Shown here: piece by piece, positions 37,909 through 49,988 of the stretch
Numbering within the stretch: the stretch's first letter is position 1
Layout: every line of letters begins with the position of its first letter
Source of the DNA: Podarcis gaigeae
Taxonomy: Eukaryota
DNA: 64,000 nt
Reading direction: 5' to 3' (one strand)
Assembly (NCBI GenBank): GCA_964106915.2
Contig: OZ066915.1
Translations under genes and position numbers: made by a program
The notes under the pieces: generated by a model
The model's database searches: none
What the model was told of the DNA's origin: nothing
The model's input: the letters and a program-made list of their open reading frames with translations, nothing else

Positions 37909-39591
37909 ACTCTCTTTCCCTAAATGTCTGTTTCTTTCCATTTCATGCACAATTTTAAAGCAGCTTCCTTCCCCAGAACGAACTTCTAAGTCATGAATCA
38001 TTTTGTACTTGGAATCAACAAGAAAGGCATCCTGGCAACCTTAAGGGACTCCATCATGGTTTTAAATGGGTGGAGAACCTGAGGCTAAGGGGACTCAGTG
38101 CAGCTCTCCAGGTCTCTCTCTTTAGCCTTTGGGACTCCCCCCAGTCCACACACACTCCGGCCCAGCTTCTCATCCTCCTCTACTAGTTTTTGACTGTCTG
38201 AAATGTGTCCTTGAATTCTTATAGCCCCTCTTGCATGAATGAAGGACAGAGAGGGGCTGCATATATGTGTGGAAGCTAGCCTACTGTCCAAAGGTAAAGT
38301 TCACATTTGTTGTTCCACCCACATTTTGCCTCTGCCCATTGTCTCTGCTGCCCATCCCCAGAGGTCGCCCAGGAGGGGATGATGTGACCCACAGGCTAAT
38401 AAAGGCTTCCCACTCCTGATCTAAAAGATTGATATTTCAGAGGTAGGAAGTGCTGAGATATCTGACAGACTTGAAGCTTGGAATAAGTATTATTAAAATT
38501 TCTATACTGTCCTTCACCCAAGGATCACAGGGCGGTTTACAATATGAGAAAACAAAATGTGTAACGTAACAAGCAGAAGAGAGTAGCAAGTGGTGAATGC
38601 ATTAATTTGAGCAATATCTGTTTTGTCAATCAAAGAAGTAGGGTAACTGATAATTTGAAGATGGAGGGAAAATCATATTTGGTCTTTGGGCTATACAGAG
38701 GCCTCCAAGCAGTTTACAGTTAAAACTAACGTAGCAGTTTCTGGGTGCAACGTTAAATCATGCAAATTGACTATTGGAATGTAATGTGCTGAATACATTT
38801 GCCACATGTCATCTGTCGTAAACTTGGGAAACTGTGACCTGTTGGCCTGTCTCCTGCATTTGTTTAACATGTAGAGTAAAAATGCTAAAATTGTCATAGA
38901 GGTGAGACTCAACTTACATGGGGGTTATGTTCTGGGGATGAATCAAGCCAGAATCATGGATAGTCCAACAGTGTTGCAGCAGCAGAACCACTCACAAAAC
39001 GGAAGCAGAGTTTGATAATTACTGGTGATGGTTTTTACTGATACCTAATCCATGTTAGAAAATTGACTAAATTCTTTGCTGAAGCATTTTTTGTGCGACT
39101 AGGAGCTCATCTTTCCTCAAGTTCAGTACATTTGCTCTGGAGGTTTTGTGACTCAGCCTGCCCATTTTAGGCAGAATTTGCTGAATCAGAATCAAAATGC
39201 AGAAAGCTTATCCTTTTATATCTTCCCCTCCCCACCTCCACATTCTTCTCAAAAGTATTTTTACCCATCTCCTATAATTTCTTCCCCCATCCTTCTTCAG
39301 CTTTCTTTTCAAACCAGCCAGTTATTTCATTTCTCCTATCTGGCCCTTTTACATTAGCTACGTCTTCCTATCACAGCCTTCCTCTTATCCTTTTTCTTTT
39401 CTGTTCTTGACTTGGAGTCAAATCCCTGCTCAGCTGTGAAGCTCACTTAGAAGCCTTTCAAGAAGGACTGGTTTCTCAGCTTTACCTACTGCATCGGCTG
39501 GAAGAGCATCAAAGTGTATTTAGTGCTGATGAAGGGACCCCACAACAGCAGCATCTGAGATAGCGTAAAAACTGCTTAAAAACCTGTAATA

Positions 39592-40260
39592 GATGAGAGT
39601 CCACATTCTGAGGCAGTCCACTGTCCACTGTCAAAACAGTTCAGGACGTTCTTCCTAATGTTTGTAATTTAAACCCATTGTTTTGGGTCACACACTGGAG
39701 CAAGAAACCTGCTCCATCTATGTGGCAACCTGTCAAATATGTAATGTCCGCTCTGCCCCACACAGCCAAACCAGATCCTTCAACCTTCCCTCATCAGCCT
39801 TGGTCTCAGGCTCACTCATCATCTTTATTGCCCTCTTCCTTAAATTCTAGCGCCCTGTTCCTCAGGTGAAGTGACCAAAGCATTCTAGAGTGGTGCCATT
39901 ACTCCTGAATGGGACACCGAAACTCCTGTTGATGCAGCTCAGGGTTGCATTATTACTTTCACATAAGCCTCAAGGCAATTTGCAGTTACACAATAAAAAC
40001 AAAATAGATTTTAAAACGACACCCCCCCCCAGGCTTTAAAAAAAATACAAATAAACCTCCAATGTACAGATCCATTTGCTTGTTTTTTCCCCCCAAAAAA
40101 GAATCCCAACCCATTTGGAAACGCTTTTCTTTTTAGCCACTGCATTGAACTCTGACTCCAGTTTAGCTTGTGGTTTGCTAAAACCCTTGTTTGTTTCCCC
40201 ATGTACTGTACATTTAGACTAAAATTCCTCTCTGGGCTCTTTGAAGACTGTTTTAACATA
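39592..40260 (-). mobile_element. Old CR1-type LINE fragments
   Basis: Minus-strand RVLANHKLNWSQ resembles CR1 RT GVLVDHKLNMSQQC; ttcttcctaatgttt motif. Confidence 0.5.
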
Positions 40261-41905
40261 AATACAGTATGTTAAAACTTTTACAATTTGTGGCGAGGCT
40301 AATGTATCTGATTTAGTAACAGTCTGAACCACATATTATTGAAGACAACATGAGCTGCCCTACTGAGCCAGATCATCCGTTTATTAGGATCTGATTCTTG
40401 TAGGAAGAAGGATGCTAGGCTGAGTGGACTCAGGACAGGAAGACCTTGATCACATGATACAGATTCAATTATGCTAGCAGAAGCCAGTGCAAGGACTTGT
40501 CACTAGCACAACAGGGCTTTGCCCCACTCCTCTAGAACCTCCAGAACAGCAGGCAGGAGGAGGAGAGGAGACTGTTCCATTGCGCAAGCAGAACTCCTCA
40601 CTCTGGATTGTATGCCACATGGCGCTCGCTCTCCTTCCTAGCATGAGCTCTCTTGTTCACACTTCCAGCTAGCCAGTCAGCTTTGCCCTCCCTCCAGGAT
40701 ATGCCATTTCTTTGCTCCTCGCATATATTTCACATTTTTCATTTCCATCTGACAACGAGGGAGCACGCTTTGTCCTCACTGAGCTAAGTATTGATGGGGA
40801 AGAGGGGATCCCCTTTAGATTTTATATTTAAAGGATATTTTTGTACATCTGCAGATTTCAGCCGAGCACGCTCAACCTCTCTCTTGTTTCTTGGTCACTC
40901 TGCTTTGGTTCCCACCATCTTGGATTCGTTATTCAGGACACAGATGTTAAGAATAAGAGCTTTAAATAAGTACCTGGGCTTTGAACACACCTGCTTCCGT
41001 GCACTTCCATGTGAGCAGTTCAAATGGTCCCATTCTCAAGTTTGCTTTTGAAAAATAACCTTGGAGCGCAGCTCCGTTTAGCCCATAACTTTGCAAAGGT
41101 ACAAAGGTCCAGTTAACATGTTGCACTCCACCATTTACAATCAAAGATAATTTAGTAGTAATTTGTTACACCTTCACAATACTTTTAAGACCCAGAGCCT
41201 TGTGTTCTTAGCATGTTGGTTATATGACATATATATCTTGGGAACTCTAGTTTATTCCTCGGTACTGTATTACAATACCCAGTTCCCTTAAACTGCAGTT
41301 CCTAAGATTATTTGGGGGGAGAGTTATGTGCTTTAAATGTATGCTGTGTATGCCACCCTGTATGAGACCCCACAAAACTTCCTCTGTTCCACTACCACTG
41401 TATTGTCCAGCAATTTAGGTCAACTCTCTGCTTTCTGTCTGGCTTAATATTTTCTCCTTCCCTCCCTTCCTCCCTTCCATGTCTGCAAATGAAAAGGCAA
41501 AGGCCAATGTAGCCCCACCCAACCGCGGACCCAGAAGTGTATCAGGCATTGGCAAGGAGGGACTGACAACTGTTTTTGCAAGAAAGGAAGGAATAGAGAG
41601 ACTCCATGGCCAATTTGGGGGTGGGGTGGGGGGAGGGAAGAGAGGCTATGAACCTCAATAATAAAAAGCAGGGCTGGCTTGACGTTTAATCTTCCATAAT
41701 TAAACACTTCTGCAGTAGAGAACTCTGCTCACTCAGACATACTTTCCAGAAATGACTATGCCACATTCTTATGTACGAGTAGTAAACAAAGTTTATAAGA
41801 GAGAGAGAAATTCCATGGACGAGATAGAGGGGGAGGGAGTGAAACAAATCATAACATGGGATTTCTAGTCTAATATAAAACGATTGTATGCAAACTAACC
41901 AGTTT

Positions 41906-41948
41906 TGGTTATCTGAAGAAGTGTGCATGCACACGAAAGCTCATACCA
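41906..41948 (+). ncRNA. Minimal type I hammerhead ribozyme motif
   Basis: tat-CTGAAGA-A-gtgtg(catg)cacac-GAAA-gc-TC-ata: catalytic boxes, 5-bp stem II, palindromic AGCT stem III, short stem I. Confidence 0.7.
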
Positions 41949-42038
41949 AGAACTAACTTAGTTGGTCTTTAAGGTGCTACTGGAAGGAATTTTTTGTTTT
42001 TGTTTTGACTATGGCAGACCAACACGGCTACCTATCTG
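41909..42038 (+). mobile_element. Penelope-like element terminus (5'-truncated)
   Basis: Flanked by 13-bp direct repeats taaccagttttgg (41896-41908, 42039-42051); homologous to 19952-20127. Confidence 0.75.
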
Positions 42039-42409
42039 TAACCAGTTTTGGGTTACTGAGTTTTCAAAGGCAAGGAAGTTCCTGTGAAATTCTTTTCTCT
42101 AAAGGTGTTGGATTTATTATTAATCAAATTTATATACTGCCCTAAACCCGCAGATCTCAGGGTAGTTCACAGGAGTAATCCATACCGTGATTCCCCCAGG
42201 AACAGACATGGCCAGTAAAAAGTTAATAGGAGTTTTGACCCCCTTTGGAGTGGCAGGGATCAGATGAGCCCCTGTGGGAGCACCCTCGGGCCAGTCTTGA
42301 AAAGCCATGAGGCCTACTTAACTCCTTTGTCTGAGGAGTCTGCAACACTTACTGTAGGTTCTCATCTGGAAAATGTTTTATGTTCTATATTCAGTTGTAG
42401 AATGATGGG

Positions 42410-42900
42410 GATGATGATAATAATTATTATTATTTATATCCCGCCATAACCAGGCTAAGGGTGGCTAACATAAAAATATAAATACATTAAAACATAAAAT
42501 TCAGCAATTGACTGAAATACAGCTTAAAATCGGATTAAAATCAAATAAGATAAGAAGGCAACCGGCAAATTATGACTATAGGGGTTGGGAACCTTAGGTA
42601 CACACCAGGTTCAGCTATTTATATGAACCGGTGAGAGGAATTAGAGAGACCTATTATATGTAGGGTCTTGTAGGAGGAGAGGGGTCAGACTGGGCCCTGA
42701 CAAAAGGCCTGGCGGAACAGCTCTGCCTTACAGCCCTGTGGAGAGATGTCAAGTCTTTTGCGGCAGGGTGTTCCACCAGGCTGGGGCCAGGGCCGAAAAG
42801 GCCCTGGCTGTGGTTCGAGGCCAGCCTAACCTCCTTGAGGCCCGGGTCCTCCCAAGATGTTATTGTTTGCAGACTCTAGGGTCCTCCGTAGGGCATACCA
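42410..42900 (-). mobile_element. L2-like LINE 3' fragment
   Basis: AAT-rich tail then ttatttatatcccgcc; ggcagggtgttccaccaggctggggccagggccgaaaaggccctgg parallels 58215-58260. Confidence 0.55.
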
Positions 42901-43189
42901 TTCCTGTTGGACATACCTGTAGGGCATACCATCCCTGTTGGAAATCTAGTGAATCTAGTTACAACCACTTGTGCAATCCCTTATCCAGACTTTCTCCAAC
43001 CCAGTCTTAATGGTAACCAAGCACTGCCCAGTGGTCTTCCATGCACCTTATGCAATGGACAGCATGCAACGTATAGTCCGCAGCATGCTTATGCTACCCT
43101 TATATTGATTGCTTTTGCTACGACAGACTTCCGCAGCTGCTCTGTTCAGGAGGTGTAGGATGGGACAGTGCATTCTGAGGCCTGCTGCT

Positions 43190-43540
43190 GTGTCTGTGGC
43201 CTTGGATGAATCACCTGGGTTACGTTTATCCCTCCCTGTGCCAGGCTTGTTCGTTTTTTTCCAGAAGGCCTTGGAGTCTGCCAGAGCATTCTGGGAAAGA
43301 TGAACATCTTGTAAACAGGCAGCCTGTGGCCTTGGAGCCGTGTGCAGCTCTCTCTGCCTAATTTCTACCCAGGTGCTTGGCAGGCAGGTAGAAAGAGAGG
43401 CCTGCTCCTCCTGCTTTTTGGGTTCTGTCCTGTCCATCTGACAGGATCTCTTGCAAAGGAGTAGCGGCACTTGACAGGCAATGATGCCTTCCCTGCCTGC
43501 TGGTATAAAAGGGCGAGTTACCTCAGGCCTTGTCGCGACT
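43190..43540 (+). promoter_or_regulatory. TGFBR3L: Putative TGFBR3L promoter: TATA box plus NR5A1-type sites
   Basis: TATAAAAG at 43504; TGGCCTTGG at 43197 and 43327, AGGCCTTGG at 43266, AGGCCTTGT at 43525. Confidence 0.6.
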
Positions 43541-44326
43541 GGAACTCCTCTGCTTCCCTGTTGCCTCTTCTCTGTCCCCTGGTTAGTGATCCGTTAAAGC
43601 CAGGGCAGATACCCAGAACGTCTCCTTCCTGGCCCTACCTCACTGGGGTGGTAGGCAGGTCACGCTGACCCAGATTTCAGCACAGCATACCTGCTGGTGC
43701 CTCTCAGAAAGTCTCCTCCTCTGCCTGCGTTAATCATAAATCCACCCCAATCTCCTTGGTAACCCAAGCGGGGGCTTGCCTTGTGTTTCTCACTCTGTGG
43801 GACATCCTTCGGGGTGAAGGTCGCTTGCTTGATGGCTCCCTGCTTGAGGGGGGGGGAGCCATCTCCCCGCTACGGGGAGGGGGGTGATGAACCTGCCACT
43901 CGCACAGTGAGTTCCTGGGATCTGACAAGGGAGGAGAGGCAGACAGACACACAAAGAGAGGGAAAGGGAGCGGATGCTTCTTCTTGTAAGTCTCTGCTTT
44001 CTTAATACCTTTCCTCCACTGCTGAATTCCCTTAGAAATAAACAGCTTGCCACATAAACCATGCCCTCCTCCCCTCTCACTTGTAACTTGACCCTCCTTG
44101 TGGGCCTAGAGTTATTTTTAACCTCCCATTGACCCGCATAACTTTTTTATTATTGTTGTTCATTAAACTATGCCAGTCTGGAGATAGGAGGCCTTGAATT
44201 GGCTCACGGTTTCTGCATCCCCTGGATTAAGCGCTGCGAGTCCTCCCACTTGCTTCCTGTCCTTCAGTTCAGGTAGCGCTTTGTCCAACCCCCTCCTCCT
44301 CTATTTTTCTCCTAACCTGCATCTAG

Positions 44327-44360
44327 ATCCACTGGCAGTGGGAGAGCTCTGCTGGGCAAG
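44327..44360 (+). other. TGFBR3L: Putative 34-nt non-coding 5'UTR exon
   Basis: Pyrimidine tract, cctaac branch motif, ctag| acceptor, AAG|gtaagt consensus donor. Confidence 0.6.
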
Positions 44361-45556
44361 GTAAGTGTTCCTCTGGCATTCCCTCTCCACATTCGGGAGC
44401 TTGGCTTGCTGGGAGGTGGAAAATGTCCTGGAAACTTTTAATTACAGCCAGTCTAATCCTGTAACACTGAATCTTGCTGTCTCAGTGCAGCCTTCTTTTA
44501 AAACAGAGCCATAAAGGTGGGAGGGAAGTTTTTGTGGGAAACTTGAGACAGGAGGGAAGAACGCCTTTTTGACTGACAGAAGTTGGGACCAGAAGGTGAG
44601 GGAGAGTAAGTTGCCTTCAGAGAAAGATTGCAAATCGAGTCTATAGAACTGAGAAGCAAGTGTTGGGCAAAATCCTTCTGGCTAGAGACAGATCATCACA
44701 GTGGATAATACTGAGCAAAGTGGACCGATGATCTGGATTAGGCTCACACATCTTCCGATTTTCAAGGAGTAGAAGCCATTAGATAGTAAACAATTTGGAA
44801 GCAGGGTAAGCTCTGGGGTCCCCAATGTGTCACTCATGATCATCATAGTGCCCTCCTCTTGGTGCTAGCCAAGATCCCCTGACCCCATTTTTTTTAAAGA
44901 AATTGAGGCTTTTTGTGATGAGGAGAGTGGGTTTTTTTTTTGCGGGGGAGACATTGTCTGCTTTTTGTGTCACTTTTATTTCTTTTGAGTGGGTAGGTGT
45001 TTAGTCTGGTTTCTGGGGATGAGGGAGGGGTGCCTGAGCATCACCCATTTTTCTTCAGTGAAATGGGTATTCTTAGATTTCTGACTGTTTGCTCAGATTG
45101 AAAAGGTTGGAGTCCCTGGCTATATGCTATACCCTTTCACTTTGTGGTGTTAATCGGAAGGGTGGCCACCACCTTCCCCTCTGCTTACAATTGGAGAAGC
45201 ACCCACTGCACCAGAATGAAGTCCTTCCACCACCCCATCCTGCTATGATTGCGCATATGACAGGATAGTTGAAGGAATGTATAATCCGTATTAAGGGACA
45301 CTGAGTATGGTCTGTATGCTTGTTTCTGTAGCAGATAGATCAGGAACGGAGAGAGGAAATGTTGAAGTTCTGTCCCAAAATCCGAACCACAAATTGACTG
45401 GTATGAGGTCTTGAGGGCTGGAAAGTGTTTCCAAGTAGCTCAGAGGTCGTGCGACGGCATTCCCTTCAACTCCTGTGCTTTCTTGTCCTGGCTTTGCTTT
45501 CTTTCCTAGGGTGGAACAAGAGGGAAATCACAGCTTCTCTTTGGGTTCTGAACACC

Positions 45557-45641
45557 ATGCATAGAAACTGCCTGCATATCGATCACCTATGGAGACAGTA
45601 CCTCCTCCTGCTGCTTGTCGGCTGGGGGTGCTCTGGGACAG
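45557..45641 (+). CDS. TGFBR3L: TGFBR3L coding exon 1 (signal peptide; exon starts at 45510)
   Basis: caccATG; MHRNCLHIDHLWRQYLLLLLVGWGCSGT; G|gtaaag phase 1 fits the next exon. Confidence 0.8.
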
Positions 45642-46020
45642 GTAAAGTCTAACAGAGTGGCTATTGTAAACATTTAAATGGGCTGCACAATAATTATCCA
45701 CACCAAAGGTGTAAAACGTTTTGCTAAAACAAAACAACAAAACAAAACAAAACAAAAACATTATTGTAGGGGAGCTGTCCAGGATACATTGCTGTATGTA
45801 TCCTGAAGTGTACATGTAAAAAATAAATTAGCAGTCTTAAAATACATTTTTCTTTGCAACCTTGAATGTAGAGCAGGTCTTTCAACTTTGCTAAATAGAC
45901 ATGTGTGCGCTCACACAGAGCCATTTGGACTTGTCAAATTTTCTTCCCTTGCAGCAGAATAGGTAGATGAAGTTGTCAGAGTATAAATGTATTCAATAGG
46001 GTTTTATACTAGGGGCTTGA

Positions 46021-46397
46021 GGGACGTGGGTGGTGCTGTGGTCTAAACCACTGAGCCTCTTGAGTTTGCCGATCGCAAGATTGGCAGTTCAAATTCACAC
46101 AATGGGGTGAGCTCCCATTGCTCTGTTCCGGCTCCTGTCAACCTAGCAGTTTGAAAGCATGCCAGTGCAAGTAGATAAATAGGTACCGGTGTGGCGGGAA
46201 GGTAAACGGCGTTTCCATGTGCTCTGGTTTCTCTCACAGTGTTCCATTGTGCCAGAAACAGTTTAGTCATGCTGGTCACATGACACGGAAAAGCTGTCTG
46301 CGGACAAACGCCAGCTCCCTCAGCCTCAAAGCAGAGATGAGCGCTGCACCCCAAAGTCAAAATCGACTGGATTTAACCATTCATGGGTCCTTTACCT
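46021..46397 (+). mobile_element. Sauria SINE
   Basis: gggacgtgggtggtgctgtggtctaaacc head, cctttacctt tail, flanking tactagggg repeats; homologous to 46898-47246. Confidence 0.9.
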
Positions 46398-46897
46398 TAC
46401 TAGGGGTTTCTCAATTCTGCATGATGCTTCTGATGCCCTTTGTCCTGCTTCTCTTTATTGGATGTACCTTCAGTGAGCAGCTTGGATTTGCAGAGTGTCC
46501 TTCATTCTGTACCTGCTTATTTTTCACAGGATGCAATTTCAGTTCCTTGATAACCAAGTACACACAGCTAAGGGCACTTTTAATCTCCAGCTCGGCACTC
46601 AGTATTTGTTTTTGACATTGATTACCATAGGGCAGGTAGATGCTGCCTGTGGGTTGTTTATAGCACAGAGGCTGTTAAGCTATCTGCTGAATTCATAGCC
46701 AGCCGACCATGGTTGCTTCCTATAAAGAGAAGAGCCCAGGCTTCCAAAGTTGACCAGGAGTCATAGTTTCTGTTCTGAATGGTGAGGGGAAGGCACTCTG
46801 CACTTGCTGTAAGGTACTTCTGCTATTTCTTCACATTCCCAAATTGGGGGGAAAACATCCATGTTGAACACTCCTGCAGCTGTACAGTACTCTCTGT

Positions 46898-47246
46898 GGG
46901 ACGTGGGTGGCGCTGTGGGTTAAACCACAGAGCCTAGGACTTGCCGATCTGAAGGTTGGCAGTTCAAATCCCTGCAATGGGGTGGCTCCCGTTGCTTGGT
47001 TCCTGCTCCTGCCAACCTAGCAGTTCGAAAGCACGTCAAAGTGCAAGTAGATAAATAGGTACTGCTCTGGCGGAAAGGTAAACTGCGTTTCCATGGGCTG
47101 CTCTGGTTCACCAGAAGCGGCTTAGTCATGCTGGTCACATGACCCAGAAGCTGTACGCCGGCTCCCTTGGCCAGTAAAGCGAGATGAGAGCCGCAACCCG
47201 AGTCAGCCACGACTGGACCGAATGGTCAGGGGTCCCTTTACCTTTA
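46898..47246 (+). mobile_element. Sauria SINE
   Basis: gggacgtgggtggcgctgtgggttaaacc...ggtcaggggtccctttaccttta; imperfect TSD ending ctctctgt. Confidence 0.9.
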
Positions 47247-47373
47247 CAGCTCTCTGTTCCTTTCTCATGGTGCCAGAGCATATTCTTTCACATGGAATGT
47301 TAAGGCAGGTTGAGTTGGTAGAATCCTTCCATGAAATGGAATTGAAATGGAATTGTACCATCAGGCTGCAGAT

Positions 47374-47480
47374 GGTGTCCCCCCTAAAGCTGTCTGTGTC
47401 CCCCCCTAAAGGGTGTCCCCCCTAAAGCTGTCTGTGTGTAAAATTCTAGTACACTGAGGAGATTCTAGTACACTGAGGAG
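47374..47480. repeat. Local short tandem duplications
   Basis: gtgtcccccctaaag x3; attctagtacactgaggag x2. Confidence 0.85.
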
Positions 47481-47834
47481 AAAGAATTAGCTCCCTGGGG
47501 CAACTTAATAACTCTGCCCAGAAGCATAGGCAGAAATGAGAGAGCCCAGGCCAGGCAGCTCCTGAGGTCGCCCTGAGAATATTTGGTAGCTTTTGTTCCT
47601 TCCAGTATTTTAAATTGAAAATTGCCTTGGTAGAAAGGCAACAAACCAGCCCAGCCTGCTACCTACTGTGTTAGCTTTCCTATTACAAGGAACTTTTTAC
47701 ATTGTAGTCTCAGAATAGCATATAGTCTGGTCTGCCACCACATTCTCACCCAGTCTTATTGTTGTGTATGTAATGTGTAGCCCCCGTGCAGGGCTAGCAG
47801 CTTCCCTGTAATTATTTAATTCGTAAAATGAATG

Positions 47835-47955
47835 GTCAGTGGTTAGAGCACCTGCTTTGCATGACGTAGGTCCCAGCTTCATTTCCCAGCATCTTCAGGT
47901 AGGACTGAGGTTGTCCCTAGAGAGCTGCAGCCAGTCAGTGCAATAGACAATACTC
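47835..47955 (+). mobile_element. tRNA-derived SINE (Squam-like)
   Basis: tcagtggttagagcacctgctttgcatg..ggtccca...cagccagtcagtg..gacaatact. Confidence 0.6.
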
Positions 47956-48655
47956 TCATCTTCATAATGAAAACAGACTTTAAATAATAATTCTCTTTAA
48001 TAGGGTTGAGTGCCAAACATGGCCACTGAAAAACAAGAGGAGTGCCATCAACATGCCCGGGAGAAACGCGGGGGGGGGGGACTAAAAGGGAGGAACCCCC
48101 CCAAAAAAAACCACTTTCCCACCCAGCAAAGGCTCTACATGCTGAGTATCCTTTGGAAAAGGAATTTAAAGGGAAGGAGGAGACTGAGCCCCTTACAGTT
48201 TATAGTATCTTGGTGGAGGGAAAGGATAGCTGACTGAAAAAGAAACACTTTTTTCCCTTGTACAACTTGTACAATCTAAAAATAAGCCAGTAAGCCATTG
48301 TTAGGAGCAATTCACAGTGACCCTCCCCCCTCAGTGTGGGGACCATGAAATGCACACTAATCCATTTCTGTCCCATCATACCAGTTCCCCCAGAGTTTCT
48401 TGTTTTATTTTTCCCTCCATCATCCTCAGTCATTGGCCAGATATTCCATATTTTTTGTTTCTCAGACACAGAATGAATTATGCAAAAAAGAAAAAAGAAA
48501 AAAAGAAAAAAAGTTAAGCTGGTGTATCATTTTGAGCTCAGGCACCTGAGCACTTTGTGTTTTGGGAGAAAGGGGTTGCCAAATGTACAGAGTTTTGGAA
48601 ACTACTTTTCTGAAACCCCGTTTCTTCCAGCATTGCTCTTCTCCTTCCCCTGCAG

Positions 48656-48828
48656 CCACCTGGCACCATCTTGCTTGCCTCCCCATGTCTGCCTCTACCC
48701 CACATCCCGTCCTCGGCTTCTGGGAATCACTGCGAAAAGGCACCGGATGCACCAGCCGGGGCCGCTCTACCCTGGGGCAAGAAGTCCATGTCATCAGCCT
48801 GAAGAAGGGATTGCCGGCAAATGGCCAG
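48656..48828 (+). CDS. TGFBR3L: TGFBR3L exon, orphan domain part 1
   Basis: CLPMSASTPHPVLGFWESLRKGTGCTSRGRSTLGQEVHVISL matches betaglycan HPV..MES..GCASRG..EVHVLNL; 173 nt, phase 1-0. Confidence 0.92.
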
Positions 48829-49252
48829 GTATGGGAGATCCCCATCCATACCACCTTCCCATGTATGAGGCGGTATGATGGGTCTTGCTACAGCTCCATT
48901 GGATACCCAAACAAGATGGCCGTTCAGCTTGGCACTACAGCTCAAGGTGTCTCAGTCAGTCAAAAAGGCAAAACTCCATTTCAGTCACTTCTTCACAGTT
49001 GTCAGGGCCTCTCTTAAGTCACAGAAGCGTTAGGTTAGCCAAGTTGTGAGAAGCAAAGAGGAACACTCTCGCGCAGGGCCTGCTTAGTGCTGGAGGTGGG
49101 AACATGCCTCACCTGCTGAACATCCAAGGGGTAAGTTGCTAGGCCGTCTTTGGTGGTATATCCTACCTTCTCTGGTTCTTTTCCAATCCCTTCTCCATTT
49201 CGCTCTTTGATCATGCATGGAGAAGGTACCTGTCCCCTTGATCCTCTTTCAG

Positions 49253-49372
49253 GTAACTCTGATAACTCTGGACCCAGATCCCCACGACAGAGGCCCCATC
49301 TTTGTGCTGTATTCCCGGAAGCCTGTGCGTTGGGTGTTGCTGTCTCCCCCTGGAAAAAACTGGACCTTCCAG
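49253..49372 (+). CDS. TGFBR3L: TGFBR3L exon, orphan domain part 2
   Basis: VTLITLDPDPHDRGPIFVLYSRKPVRWVLLSPPGKNWTFQ (cf. betaglycan VTL...FLLNSPxPLVW); 120 nt. Confidence 0.9.
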
Positions 49373-49589
49373 GTGAGATGGGATAGAGGGCCAAAGGGCC
49401 TAGAGAAGATCATGGGGGTCACTGAGGGGGTCGTTGGAGTCCCTGCTCTACGCAAGCATAGAAGATGAGTGGCATCTATGGGAAGGGTGGATGGAAAAGC
49501 TAATTTGCTACCTCCACAGCACTTTTACAAAATACTTTCAGATCTAGCTCTGTTTGTCTTCAGAAGCATCTTGTGTAGTAAGTTCCTAT

Positions 49590-49720
49590 TCTTCCCATTT
49601 TACAGATGGGGGAAATTGAGGCTGAGGGAGGCTTGCCTAAGGCCACCCAGTGAATCTGTGGCTGAGGTGGAACTTGAACCCAGATCTCCCAGATTAAAGT
49701 GCAGAACTGTTCAACTTTAA
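49590..49720 (-). mobile_element. MIR-like CORE-SINE fragment
   Basis: cccattttacagatgggggaaattgaggct...gaacttgaacccagatctcc. Confidence 0.7.
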
Positions 49721-49804
49721 TGCACTCCCCAGTGTGGGGTGCCAGAGAGGGGGGGAGGTTCTCCAGGCTAGTATATTTTACCTTTGCCTTCCTCCTATCT
49801 ACAG

Positions 49805-49988
49805 GTCTCCCCTGGCTCTAATGTTTCAGCCCCGGGGCCAGTGGCTTCTGCTGAGACCAACTTACCAAAGACGCCCAAACGCCTGCTGAAGTGGGCACGG
49901 AGGGAGCATGGAGGGGTCACCTCTCTGGCTGAATACCATGGAGTCAACAGAATCTACACACACCTGGGGGCTGGCATGGGCAACGAGG
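49805..49988 (+). CDS. TGFBR3L: TGFBR3L exon, orphan domain part 3 (3' end at 49988 GT or 49973 GC)
   Basis: VSPGSNV...LLKWARREHGGVTSLAEYHGVNRIYTHLG (cf. LLxWAxKEYGAVTSFTE...NIYIKVG). Confidence 0.9.

Larger units (their letters stand above)
29013..37930 (+). other. MAP2K7: Probable long MAP2K7 3'UTR
   Basis: U/GU-rich, few recognisable TEs; candidate AATAAA at 33990, 34075 and 37903. Confidence 0.5.

Noticed and set aside
47835-47910. tRNA gene
   Set aside because: Degenerate cloverleaf continuing into a SINE body; related copies elsewhere in the window
49250-49258. cag|GTAACT as a recursive splice site
   Set aside because: The GT is the Val codon of the family-conserved VTL motif and the introns are short
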